A DNA stretch of 64,000 bases from Hyaloraphidium curvatum SAG 235-1 (taxonomy: Eukaryota > Fungi > Monoblepharomycota). The stretch covers positions 992,001 through 1,056,000 of the forward strand of contig JAIVFI010000003.1 in assembly GCA_025558095.1 (NCBI GenBank), given 5' to 3'. The notes beneath the pieces are model-generated. The model did not search any database and was not told where the DNA came from. It was given only the letters and a program-made list of their open reading frames with translations. This document shows positions 48,601 to 58,145 of the stretch, piece after piece. Position 1 is the first letter of the stretch; the number at the start of each line of letters is the position of its first letter. The position numbers and the translations under genes were made by a program.

Positions 48601-48897
48601 GCCGACCCAGCACGCCAGGCACGTCGGCGCGGCCCCGCCCGCCGAGCAGTACGCGCTGGCCGGCGCCACGCCGCACAGCGACCAGAGGGGCGGCCGTGCC
48701 CCGCTGCCGCCTTCCGGGGCGCCCGCTGCCGGGGCGGCGGGGGTTTCGGACGCCGCCGACGCCGCTGCCGGCCGCGGCGGGGCCCCAATGGGGCGTCCGG
48801 CCGAGGACGCCGGGGTCGCTCTCCGCACTTGCCCGCCGCCCTCGGCCTCCCTTCCCCTCCCTTCGCCCGTCCCCTCGCGGCCCCCGCCGTGAGTCAT
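45691..48897 (-). CDS. Large Pro-rich hypothetical protein with Cys cluster and TAF12-like helical motif; start and introns uncertain
   Basis: Long ORF with coding-like low complexity. Contains LC..YC..CLACW..C and RLAQLHQAGHLEGILERRVQAGDMT, plus a C-terminal helical segment. Confidence 0.6.
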   Translation of the reverse strand: MTHGGGREGTGEGRGREAEGGGQVRRATPASSAGRPIGAPPRPAAASAASETPAAPAAGAPEGGSGARPPLWSLCGVAPASAYCSAGGAAPTCLACWVGRACADGGPGEVGSGVAGRAGRADASAQASAPAPPAAAPTAPYAPPPAPPVDRIAPAAPGPPVAGQRVVTLEQSGLDMLALVALGPSAVAQISVPPAAAHTDSRADFHAAMAAQRSAALQPRAPVQQSPQPPAPNHRLAQLHQAGHLEGILERRVQAGDMTQGQADHMLAAARAALEREREMSQQIAAFRTGGHATATQPGFRPAPAPHQDMQAARPSNSSPMLQQLPQQLAALQAAGRPQPPSFTQLGFWPPVQPPRPTAAQPQRPVATPPPRPAATQAPRPVATRPGLPAQQLPRPVARLARPSPAHLVLQASQARDAAQHGAPRIPRPPPISVPPPAGAEQRGPGSAISPRGTPAFPPFSPGLGTPGSAHAVHAAMQATTASAAQRPPRPPPIAIPNPRASFPPAPAADNSARPSSSTPGSATPALRPLPVSPPFDPPSPSPRGTRYIPPSLLLSLPPPPPPPLPPGPSPFLRSPGSQRPPVRWWYHEIGTPPAPRPPGPAEAQRRWTAGKTPVPVFAPANGAVCVRTGMPRPPPRPHAQEQPVEPVLVRPPPPVKPPASVRPPIPALLPTAVHPPIPAAVARPGSGADPELDAVLAEAEALLRRPRPEAVPLPAGLAERVRAEEEVVGPAGVQDPEPVVPAAPDPAPGPAAEKPRMVLRIDGALWRSVRERTGSAATLVPESPAPAPAAEELPAADDEPAPPTPKPEDPAPVPPAPATPRTPTLPRTRTRRSAPLRGPEEILGRDLAAHYAGRPEMLALARRKLRQYGGAIEAAAEDWNRNECVPRVLLGRRSGLTRRLWCRGHADMSMIPSRRAGRFLEHARRVFRRLWNLEVPSGQATPAASSPPRPAARLDPAPSPLRLPVRSELGSSPSRAPAASPPRGLARVDLGSSPTSRTPAASPSRPPASSPSRPVARPDPGSASDAENVDSNSQAGAGSQGFPSPKKRGRTGQGDDEGGGKRPRTLL

Positions 48898-49259
48898 CGC
48901 AGCGATGATGCGGCGCAGCGGGTTGCCGCCCGGGTGGAGCGGGTCCGACGGGGTGGAGTGGGGGAGAGAGGTAGTATCAATTTGGGGACAGGAGTCCCGC
49001 TGAGTGTGGGCTGGCGGAGAAGCACCTTGACTCCGAACCGCGAAACCAATCCCGCCCAAAACTCGGGATTGCGGGTCACACAGTTGCAGATAACTGCTCA
49101 TGAAAGGCAGATCGAAGTGGGTCATGGCCATCGACGGGCTTTCAATCGCGGGCCGGCTTCCGCGGGGTCCAGGATCTCTGCGGATCAGGCCAGCCCGGGA
49201 ACGACGGCATCCACGCCGCCCTCGATCGCAGGAACTCGCTGCCGAGCACAATCTCCGCC

Positions 49260-49690
49260 ATTGAGGGGTATCCTCCAGGGCCTGGCGGCTCCCGACCGTC
49301 CCCCCGCCCCGCTCCCATCACTCCGGGCGCGCGGCACGCTCGTCAGCACAGCGACGGCTCGCCCGACCGCATTCAAGGCATTATTTGCGCATTATCTGTC
49401 GGTTGAAGGTGCGGGACTTGCCGTCGCTGAACTGCTTTGCTCCCGACGGACCCCCCGGCGCCCCATTGACGCGGACGGCCGTCAGCACAGCGTCGGTTCC
49501 CCCGAGCGCATTTGGGGCATTTATGGCATGTTCTCTGCAGGTAGGAGGTGCGGGGTTTGCCGTCGCTGTGCTACTTTGCTCCCGATGGACCCCCCGCGCG
49601 CCGCGGACGCGGGCGGAACGGCCATCAGCAAAGCGTCGGTTGCCCCAGGCGCATCCGGGGCACTTTAGGCATATTCTCTGTGCCAGCTCT
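49260..49690 (+). repeat. Diverged tandem triplication, ~140-bp unit
   Basis: GTGCGGGACTTGCCGTCGCTGAACTGCTTTGCTCCCGACGGACCCCCC (~49409) vs GTGCGGGGTTTGCCGTCGCTGTGCTACTTTGCTCCCGATGGACCCCCC (~49548). TCAGCA[C/A]AGCG[A/T]CGG recurs at ~49343, ~49482 and ~49625. Confidence 0.85.
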
Positions 49691-50029
49691 GGCTTTGTTG
49701 TCCTAGTTGCCCTCGGCTATGCGATCGGCGGGCGGATGACGCCGGCGTTCACGAAGACTGCATCTCTTTCCGCCCCCGCGTCTCATCAGTCGTCCGCACA
49801 TCACCCCAGCTACATCGACTCCTCCTGGAACTAGCGCTCAATCCCGCCCGCGAATGACGCGGGCGGGATTGAACGGGATGGCATTCTCTGCTCTACTTTC
49901 AATCCTCGCTGATGAGCACGAGCCTCGCCAAGTCGTCGACCTTGTTCGACTCTTCCCTCCCTCGGCCCGAACACATATGATGTGCTCCGGCCCACAGACC
50001 TGCGGGACACGCAGCAGCCAGGGCATGAC

Positions 50030-50560
50030 TCACAACCCTGCCGGACAGTACGAATCCAGCACGACCCGGATCCCGATCCCGTTCAGCAGGCCCCAGAGCG
50101 CAAACAGCACCGTGAGCAACGAGACGACCAGCGCCCTGGCGACGCCGTACGAGACCTCTATCCCCGCGAACCGCGCCGGTTCGGCGGATGCGGCGAAGGC
50201 ATCGAGGCGGCGGGAGAGGGAGGAGAGGCCGTGCTGCAGCGCTTGCAGATCGGGCGCCCGGTCCGGCGGGGGGCGGACCGGGGCGGCGAGGGAAAGCAGC
50301 GAGAGGGCCTCGGAGGAGCCGGCGCGGACGACGGCGCAGACGGCCCCGATCCGGGCGTTGGCAGCCGCGAGGTCGAGGAGGAACAAAACGATCATGATCA
50401 GCCACCAGGCCAGGAAAGCCACCTCGATCCGGAGCTCTGAATCGCCAAGGCGATGGCGGAGTGGATTTGACGGAAAGAAATTGACGGCGGACACAGCGCT
50501 TTGGCGCGAGAACCTAGTGGCATCGATCTACCTCGTGTATTACGACGCCGACGGAAATAC
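50030..50560 (-). pseudogene. 7TMIC/GRL-like family copy C: 3' remnant (TM5-TM7 only)
   Basis: IEVAFLAWWLIMIVLFLLDLAAANARI..RFAGIEVSYGVARALVVSLLTVLFALWGLLNGIGIRVVLDSYCP. Frameshift near 50432; 5' two-thirds absent. Confidence 0.75.
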
Positions 50561-50581
50561 CAGACCAGACCAGACCAGACC
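50560..50581 (+). repeat. (CCAGA)4 microsatellite at the junction of two gene remnants
   Basis: ccagaccagaccagaccagacc seen directly. Confidence 0.9.
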
Positions 50582-50746
50582 TCCCAGGAGGAGGGGCACA
50601 AGTTCAAGAAGTGCGGCAAGTGCAAGTCGGCCTGGTACTGCTCGGCAGAATGCCAGCACGAGGCGTGGAAGGCGTGGCACAGGGACGTGTGCACCGAGGT
50701 TGCGACCGTTGCGGACGAAGGCGCGGCGGGTCCTTCGCCAGGATGA
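50582..50746 (+). pseudogene. MYND-finger family copy 3: 3' remnant (second half of MYND finger)
   Basis: EEGHKFKKCGKCKSAWYCSAECQHEAWKAWHRDVCTEV is nearly identical to the end of the intact copy at 56382, but the first CxxC is missing. Confidence 0.82.
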
Positions 50747-50836
50747 CCGTGCTTTGTGCGACAGACTTCTATGTGCAGAGACAAAGGGATGCATCCACCG
50801 TGACCACCAGAGTCCTTTTTGTCCCTCGCGCGGCGG

Positions 50837-53800
50837 CTACACGCCCCACTTGGACGGCCACTCGGGGGCCACCTTTCCATTGGCCCCGTCCACAAGCTCC
50901 TTGTACCCTCCCTGGGCGCGTCGGTCCCTGCCCCTGCGCATCGACGCGCACGCCAGGATTCCCGCGCACAGTGAGGCCAGCAGCGCCGCCGAGCACACCC
51001 CGACCGCGGCGATGAGCAGCACGTTCTGCCCACCGACCGCCGATGCGGGCGCGTTCGTCGGCTCTGCCGCGATCACCTCCTCTGCCCCGGGAGCCGAAGC
51101 GTTGCGGGGGATCCGCATCCCTGAGATGGCCCCGGCGTCGGCGGTGCCGGACTGCCTGACCGCCGAGGCCGGGAAGCTCGTGTCGCGGGTGTACAGCCTC
51201 CTCCTCCTCTGCCCGGCGGCCGACGCGGCGTCGAAGTACACCCGGAAGGTGGCGCGGAAGGTGTACTCGCTCACGCTGTCGAAGTCGTCCGTGGTGAGGA
51301 AGGCGAGGGAGGAGTAGTCGGCGCCGGGGTCGTCGCGCGGGAGCATGTTGGGCACCAGGGTCATCACCACCTCGGTCGAACCGGGGTAGTAGGTGAAGTT
51401 GGTGTTGAGCGCCAACTGGCTCAGCGCGCCGGGTGCGTTGGGGCCGCCCGGGGAGTTGACAAGGCCCGAGGTGACGAAGCGGCGGATGAACTTGCCGTTT
51501 CCGGCCGGGGAGGGGTCGCGGAGGACGACGTTGCGGCCGACGGTCATCTTGATGAGGCGCGACTCGTAGATGGGGAGCTCGGGGGAGAAGAGGGTGGCGG
51601 TGAGGGTCACGGTGTCGCCGAAGAAGTAGCCGCCGGCGGCCTGGCGGGCGCGGAGGCGCCTCGCTGCACCCGGCAGTTTCGTCTGCGGATGCGCACGGAT
51701 CGTCAGCCTTTGCCATGCACAGGCACGGAGCGGCACTGCTCACCACGTAGACCTTGAGCTGGTCAAAGACGTAGAGCTCCCGAACAACGATGTCGAACCC
51801 ATCGAAAGCGGGGGCAAAGGTGATGCTCGCGGCCGCGCCTCCCGTTGGCGGAGCGTCCATGTCAAAGGCCGAGTCCGAAACGTAGAGATTGGTCTTGCCG
51901 GCCCCGTAATCGATCTCGACCAGCACGAACTTCTGGTTGTTGAAGGCGATGGTCGTCAGGTACATCTTTCCGCCGCCAAAGATGCCCCAGTTGTACGCCC
52001 CCGGGTTTCCGTTGCCGACGACGAGGGAGTTCTCGGCGCCGTTGGTGAACCGGATGCCCGGGGTGCCTTCCCCCGTCTGCTGGCCGAACTGCGCCACGAA
52101 CGTGACCCAAGCCTTCTTGGCGTTGGTCCCGTCGATGGTGCTCGCAAGCCGCCTCGCGCCCGCGCGGACCAGGGTGCCGCCCCCGCCGGGGTAGACGAGC
52201 CGGCCGGCGCTGACGTCGAACGTGTCGGGCAGGAGGGGGTTGAACTGGAACCATCCCGAGCCGGCGAGCCACCCCGTGCCGCCCTTGAGGTTCCCGACCG
52301 GGCCGTCGGGGTAGTCAAAGTTTTCCTGCGCGACGAGGACCGGGGGAGGGTCGACGTTGCTGATGCGGGCCGTCTGTCGGGAAGCGGGGTCAGGTCGGTC
52401 CCAAGCGGCGCGACGCAATGCGGCGGCTCACCAGCGTGGCGACGTTGATGCCGTTATAGGGTGCGACGTTCCTTTTTTTGAAGAGCGACACGACCTCGGC
52501 CCCGGAAAGCTCGCCGTTGTTCTTGACCCCCGCCGGCGTCGACACGTACCCCTGCCCGGTCTGGTACACCTCGGCCTTGCCCGCCGACAACCGCACGCGC
52601 ACCGATACCAGGTTGGTGTAGGGCTCCGCGGGCTCCACGTGCGCGAGGATGTAGCCGACCTCCCCCGCGGGATGCGGGTTGGTGTCCGGGAAGGCGCGCA
52701 TGGGGTCGCCCACGGGCACCCATCCGCCGCCGACGGTCGCCGAGACGATCTCGACCTCGGACAGGGTGTTTGCCGCGCCGAGGGAGAAGCCGGGCAGGGT
52801 CTCGGGCAGCGCGCCCGTGGTCACGGTGCGGGTCTGCACCGGCGCGCCAGCCGCGTCCTCCTGGGGTGCTTCGTACCAACACGATTTGAGCACGTTGGGC
52901 GCGGGGTCGAAGGATCCGAAGCCCAGCGCGGCGCCGGTGCAGGCCGCGGGGCCGGTCTGGGTCACGTAGCCGTACCGGCCCGTCGAGGCGTCGCCGTAGC
53001 GGATGCGCTTGGTGCCGGCGAAGATGCACGTCTGGGCCTCGGATGCGCAGGGGATCCAAGGCTCCACCGGCGTTCCGGGCTTGTCCGCCACCATGGACGC
53101 CTGGATCGATGCCACGGTCTTGAAGAGTGTGTTGCAGAGGTTGAGCTTGAGGCTGCCCGTGTCATCCGGAGTGCCGACGGAGGCGTTGGCGGAGAGCAGC
53201 TTGCCCGTGCAGTCCTGGGTGTTGGCAGCACCGGGGAAGCAGTGGGTGTCGAAGTTGAAGGTGTAGATCCCGCCGACTTCGCACGTGGTCTGCAGGAAAC
53301 TTGTGAGCGAATGGCAAACGTACGTGCCGCGAGAACGACTGACCCCGATGTTAATCCTGATCTGCCCGAACTGCCAGCAGAAATCCTCCGTGTCGAAGCG
53401 CGACGAGCTGCTGCCGTCTGTCTTGACGCAGGTCGGGAGCTGGTAGGAAGAGACGGCCGCCGAGCCCTGGTAGCCCGGCAGGGTGACCAAGTTGGTCGGC
53501 GACAACGTCAGGTTGTTGGGCCACCTGGAGTACATCTGAAAGTCGGCGACGAGGAAGCGCTGCCCGTCGGACTGGTCGAAGGTGACGCCTGTGAGGTTGA
53601 AGTTCTTGATGCCCGATTCTGGAACGGAGGGACCGGTTAGGTCGGGCGAGACTGCGGCGCCCCGGGATGTCCCCACCCTCGAGGACCTTGACGTCCGTCT
53701 GCACGTTGACGGTGGTGGGCAGGGCGATCGACACCGGGTAGACGAGCCGCGAGGCCCGCTTGCCGGTGGAAAACTCGTCCTGCCACTCGACGTAGATCGT

Positions 53801-54184
53801 GTTGTTCCTGACCTCGTATCCCGGCCTCCGCAGCGTGTCCGGGGCCGACCAGCCGCAGGTCCGCAGCTGGCGCCAGGATCCGGCGAGGTTGAACTCGTGC
53901 CTGCACTCGTCGGGGTTCGGGGAGGCCGCAGCGGTGCACTCCGGCCGCGTGGCGTTGCCCAGCCGCACCTCGACCCGCCGGCCGGAGACGGGCCGCGACC
54001 ACGCCGCGACGGCGATCGCGTCGTGGGTCATGTTGGTCCGCGCGGCATCGAGCTGCGGGGGCGCGGTGCCCGCCAAAGCGGAGGTGCAGTTGTCCAGCGC
54101 GGGCAGCGGCGCCACGGCGGAAAAGTCGGCCGCCGACGCGAATCCCGCCAGCGCGAGCAGCGCCGCGGCAAGCAGCGGCGCCAT
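50837..54184 (-). CDS. Type-I membrane / cell-surface mosaic protein (signal peptide, Cys-rich extracellular modules, C-terminal TM); ~4 introns
   Basis: Signal peptide MAPLLAAALLALAGFASA, several N-glycosylation sequons, RRRR cleavage-like site, TM VLLIAAVGVCSAALLASLCAGILACA followed by RRGR. Confidence 0.78.
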
Positions 54185-54551
54185 CGCGGGGCAGGGCCGG
54201 ACGGGTTAGCGGGGAGCGGTGTGTCCCATTTGGGGGATGGAGGAGGACTTCAGGTCCCTTCAAAAGAGTCTGGATCCAGGCGGCCCGCACGGTCCGAACC
54301 GTCCCTGCGATAGAGCAATCCTGTCTCCTGGCATCAGACATGCTAGTCGGCTGCTTCCGCAGCTGCGGTGCATCCCGCTCGCCAAGCGGGATCGGAGTCT
54401 CTGGCCCGACGGCTCACAGAGGCAGGGCGGTGCCGCGAGCCGTCTTGCGGCATTGCGCCGGGCCCCGCATTGCCGACGCGAACCCGCCCGTCCCCTTCCA
54501 CCTCCGCATTGTCGCCTCCGATCGCCGCCCGTCCCTAGGTGCAGCGCACGA

Positions 54552-56236
54552 TCACCAGAACCGCAGCCTCAGCCCCCTCTTGTCCAGCGCCACGGCCGCG
54601 CCCGAGACGACGAGCATGTACGCGGCGACGATCGCGAACGACAGCGGCACGGAGCACGCGAGGGTGTCGATCGAGAGGTTGACGAGCCCGGTGAGGACGT
54701 TGGCCTGCGTGCAAAACGAGTGAGGTGCGGATGGGCGGAAGCACGAAGGATGCGCCCACGAAGAGGAACACGCCGAGCTGGTTCCGGCTCACGGCGCCCA
54801 GGAGGTGCGACTCTGGGAACGCCTCGGCATCCTTGACGGCTCCCTTCCGCCGCATCAGCCGGCCGGCGATCACCAGGTCGACGGAATAGTAGACCGCCAG
54901 GAAGGTGACGTTGTACGCGGCGACCCAGAGTACGTAGCTCGAGTTGGCCTGGCGATGGAGCATCCCTGAGTCCGCGGCCGGAATCAGCGTGCAACCGTCG
55001 AAGCACCCACAAGCTTCCGCGACACCTCGATCCCCGCCGCCCCGTTTGCCACATAAAACAGCGCCCACAGCCCCGCCGCCCACCCTCCCATCCCTCGCAC
55101 CGTGCCCCACCAACCCCCCTTCCCCGGCGGCGCCAGGGCGAAGCGTCCGGCATCCAGCGCGCAAAAGTAGAGCGCGAGGTAGCCCGGCACGGAGGCCAAC
55201 CCTTCCTTGTTGGCGGAGAGGAGGGTGGCCCGGGGAGCGGTAGTGACCCAGTGCTGCAGGCCGAGGTGGGTGAGAGCCAGCTGGTGCGCTGCAAGAAGGG
55301 GTGCATGTGAGCCACGGGCGCAAGGCGGAGAGGATGGGATGGTGCCCACCGAGGGTGATGGCGAGCCCAACAGCCGTCCACGTCCCAACCGGCATCCCGC
55401 TCCGCCCCGACCGGCCGACCAAGCCCGCCTCCCAGTCCTTTGCCAGCCCCGCGCCGATCGCCACCATTCCCAACGTGGCGAAAAAGTTCCAGTGCGTGCC
55501 GTACTCCGAGCTGTGCGTCTGGTAGTTGACGCCCCGCGTCGACAGCGCGCGGAGCACGCCGAGGCCAAAGACGGGGAGGGAGGAGCGCCACGACCCCGCC
55601 CTGCGTGGCCGTCCTTCCGCGGAGCGCGGGCGGCCGGCCACGAGCCCGTTGGAAAAGACGAAGCTCCCCACGCCCATGTCCATCAGGCTCGTCCCCGCGT
55701 CCTCGCACTTTGCGAACCGCCGCGGGAACGACGGGAAGTCCACCGCGAGGATCGAGGCGCAGGTGAGGAGCATCATCGTGGAGCGGTACGCGAGCACCGG
55801 GGGGAGGGCGGGCGAGGCGGAGAAGGGGTGCGGGGGGGCGGTGCGGGCCGCGTTTGGGGGTGCGGGAGACGAGTAGAGGAGGACAAGGGCGAGAATGAAT
55901 AGGAAGGCGACGATGGAAGAGGCCAGGGACGCGAAACTGGTCGCGACCACCGAGGGAAGGACGAGGAGGAAGTACTCCGCGGCCAGCTGGAGCCGCAGAT
56001 CCCGCCCGAACGCGGAATCCCACGTCCGCGTCAGCCGCAGCGATTGGTATGCGAAATGGCCGGCCTGGAGGGCGCGCGAGGGGCGGGGCAGGACGCGTCA
56101 GGGGGCCTCGGAGCGACGCGTCGGCGGAGGCGAAACGCACGACGGAGACGGCCGAGACGACGGCAACCTCGAGCATGGAACCACCGGAGTGACCAGTGAC
56201 CCATGCTTCCTTGGCCGCGCGGCGCGAGTCGTCCAT
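54552..56236 (-). CDS. GWT1: GPI inositol acyltransferase GWT1/PIG-W; several introns
   Basis: [75 protein letters not shown]|ANSSYVLWV and NQLGVFL|[10 protein letters not shown]. Confidence 0.93.
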
Positions 56237-56381
56237 TTTGACCCAACCGTTGGAGAGTGTTGCTCGACACAAACGGGCGATCGTCCTGCCGGGCGGCCCG
56301 GGTAGATCCCACTCTGTGCTCACCGCTTTCGTCGTCTGTTCTGACCTTGCAAACAGAAGTACAAATCTCCTTCGCAGACGA

Positions 56382-57830
56382 TCAAACCGACGGCCCCGCG
56401 CCTTGGTCCGCAGCAGTAACTTCCGTGCACACATCCCTGTGCCACGCCTTCCACGCGTCCCGCTGGCACTCGGCCGAGCAGTACCAGGCCGACTTGCACT
56501 TGCCGCACTTCTTGAACTTCTGGCCCTCCTCCGGCACCCGGCCGCACTTGTCGCACGTGTCCGAGATCCTGTCGAGCTTCTTCGCGTTCGCCTTGGCCAT
56601 CTTGTCCCAATCCGTCAGCTCCCTCGTTCCGATCCTCAGGGCGTCCTTGAGCATCGCCAGCCTGTGGTTAAGCTGGTGGCGCTCGTGGTGCAGGTCCGGC
56701 CGCGCCTCGAGCTCCTCCCACCGGGCGAACCGCCCGATCAGCGCGCACAGCGAGATGCAGGGGGCGAAGCGGCCGGCGCGGAGCAGCGCAAGCGTGTGCC
56801 TTCGCCAGGGGGCGGGGTGGTTCCCGACGATGTTGTGCAGGGAGGCGAGGAAGTTCATGAGCTCCCGCAGGGCGCCCTCGGCGATGCTCGAGTAGAAGCC
56901 GACGCCCTCGGCGGGGAACTCGACCGGCGGGGGATGGTCGATGAGCCGCACGGCGATGTAGAAGTCCGGCATGAGCATGAGGCCGACTGCCATCCTGTCG
57001 AGCAGTTCGACGTCCTGGGCCATGCGGCGCCGCACGGGGCCTGAGTAGCTCATCCTGCTTATGATCTGCGCGACCAGCTGGAAGCTGCGCTGGTAAGTAT
57101 TGTTCCATAGCTCGAAGCGGGCCTGCGCGTGCTCGTCCCACGCGCGCATGCCGTCGCCGTCGATCCCCGCGAGGCCCCACGCCGCGCGGCGGTCCGTGTT
57201 GGCGTACTCCCAAACGACGAGCCGAAGATGGTGGTATATCCGGCGGTGGAGCGCCAGCGCCAGGCGCTGGAACATGTCCTGCGGCATTGGTTCGTCGGGC
57301 ATCGGCCTCCCGTCCTCGAAGAAGGCGGACGAGTTGTTCCGAATGCGCTCCCAGTCCTCGCGCGCAAATTCTCTCCACCTCGCCTTCTCGTTGTCGTCCA
57401 TGTAGAGGATCGTGATGTAGCTGCGGACGTGGTCGACGGGGCACCAGTAGCTCCTCTCCAGGTGAACCAGCTCCTCGCCGTCGTCCGGCGGGTACTCGGC
57501 GCAGAAGAACGCGTCCTGCAACGGCACGTTGCCCTGCAGCAACGTGCAGACGTGGTCGACGAACGAGGCGCCGTCGAACGCGGCCCAGGGCGAGCCCCTG
57601 GGCGGGGCGAGGTCGATGGGCGCCAGGCCCGGGTTCCGGGCGGGCGGGACGTGGTCGTGCCCGTGCTCCCCGTGGCCGTGCCCACCATGGTCGTGGTCGT
57701 GGCCATCATGGTCGTGGTCGTGGCCGTCATGACCGAATCCGCCGTGGCCGTGGTCATGTCCGCCGTGGTCGTGCCCGCCGTGGCCGTGCTCGCCGTGGTC
57801 ATGCCCACAGTGGTCGTGGGAGTGGGACAT
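56382..57830 (-). CDS. MYND-finger family copy 4 (intact, intronless, 482 aa; His-rich N-terminus)
   Basis: ~55-aa H/D/G repeat, family motifs PPARNPGLAPIDL, LHRRIYHHLR and HPAPWRRH, and C-terminal CDKC..CGKC..YCSAECQ..W..H..C. Confidence 0.88.
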   Translation of the reverse strand: MSHSHDHCGHDHGEHGHGGHDHGGHDHGHGGFGHDGHDHDHDGHDHDHGGHGHGEHGHDHVPPARNPGLAPIDLAPPRGSPWAAFDGASFVDHVCTLLQGNVPLQDAFFCAEYPPDDGEELVHLERSYWCPVDHVRSYITILYMDDNEKARWREFAREDWERIRNNSSAFFEDGRPMPDEPMPQDMFQRLALALHRRIYHHLRLVVWEYANTDRRAAWGLAGIDGDGMRAWDEHAQARFELWNNTYQRSFQLVAQIISRMSYSGPVRRRMAQDVELLDRMAVGLMLMPDFYIAVRLIDHPPPVEFPAEGVGFYSSIAEGALRELMNFLASLHNIVGNHPAPWRRHTLALLRAGRFAPCISLCALIGRFARWEELEARPDLHHERHQLNHRLAMLKDALRIGTRELTDWDKMAKANAKKLDRISDTCDKCGRVPEEGQKFKKCGKCKSAWYCSAECQRDAWKAWHRDVCTEVTAADQGAGPSV

Positions 57831-58145
57831 CGTTGGAAAGACACCAGAAAAGAGGCCGATGGCGCTGGAGCTGCTTCTAGGCGGGCAGGGGAGGCGATGG
57901 GCGTTGCGGGTCCGCCCTCAACTTGTTGAACAAGGCAAGGGGACGGCTGTCACGAGGATGCCATCTAACCTGAGCAACGGTTTCAGACATCGATGGCGTT
58001 TCTCATCTACCTCGTCTAGTCAGCTGGTGCCCCTGGACTTGGGCCTCTGGTCGCCGGTATTCGACCCGACGGCACCCTTCGCCGTCATGGACTTCGAAGT
58101 CCATCGCACCTTCGACATCAATCTATCTATACCCTCGCTCTATAC

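Noticed and set aside
57650-57830. GTGGTC/GTGGCC tandem-like repeats as a possible CRISPR array or satellite
   Set aside because: They are the His/Asp/Gly codons of the MYND protein N-terminus, with no repeat-spacer structure.
57859-58145. Plus-strand ORF between the MYND gene and ADH
   Set aside because: Overlaps ADH antisense and has no coding signature that I can support.
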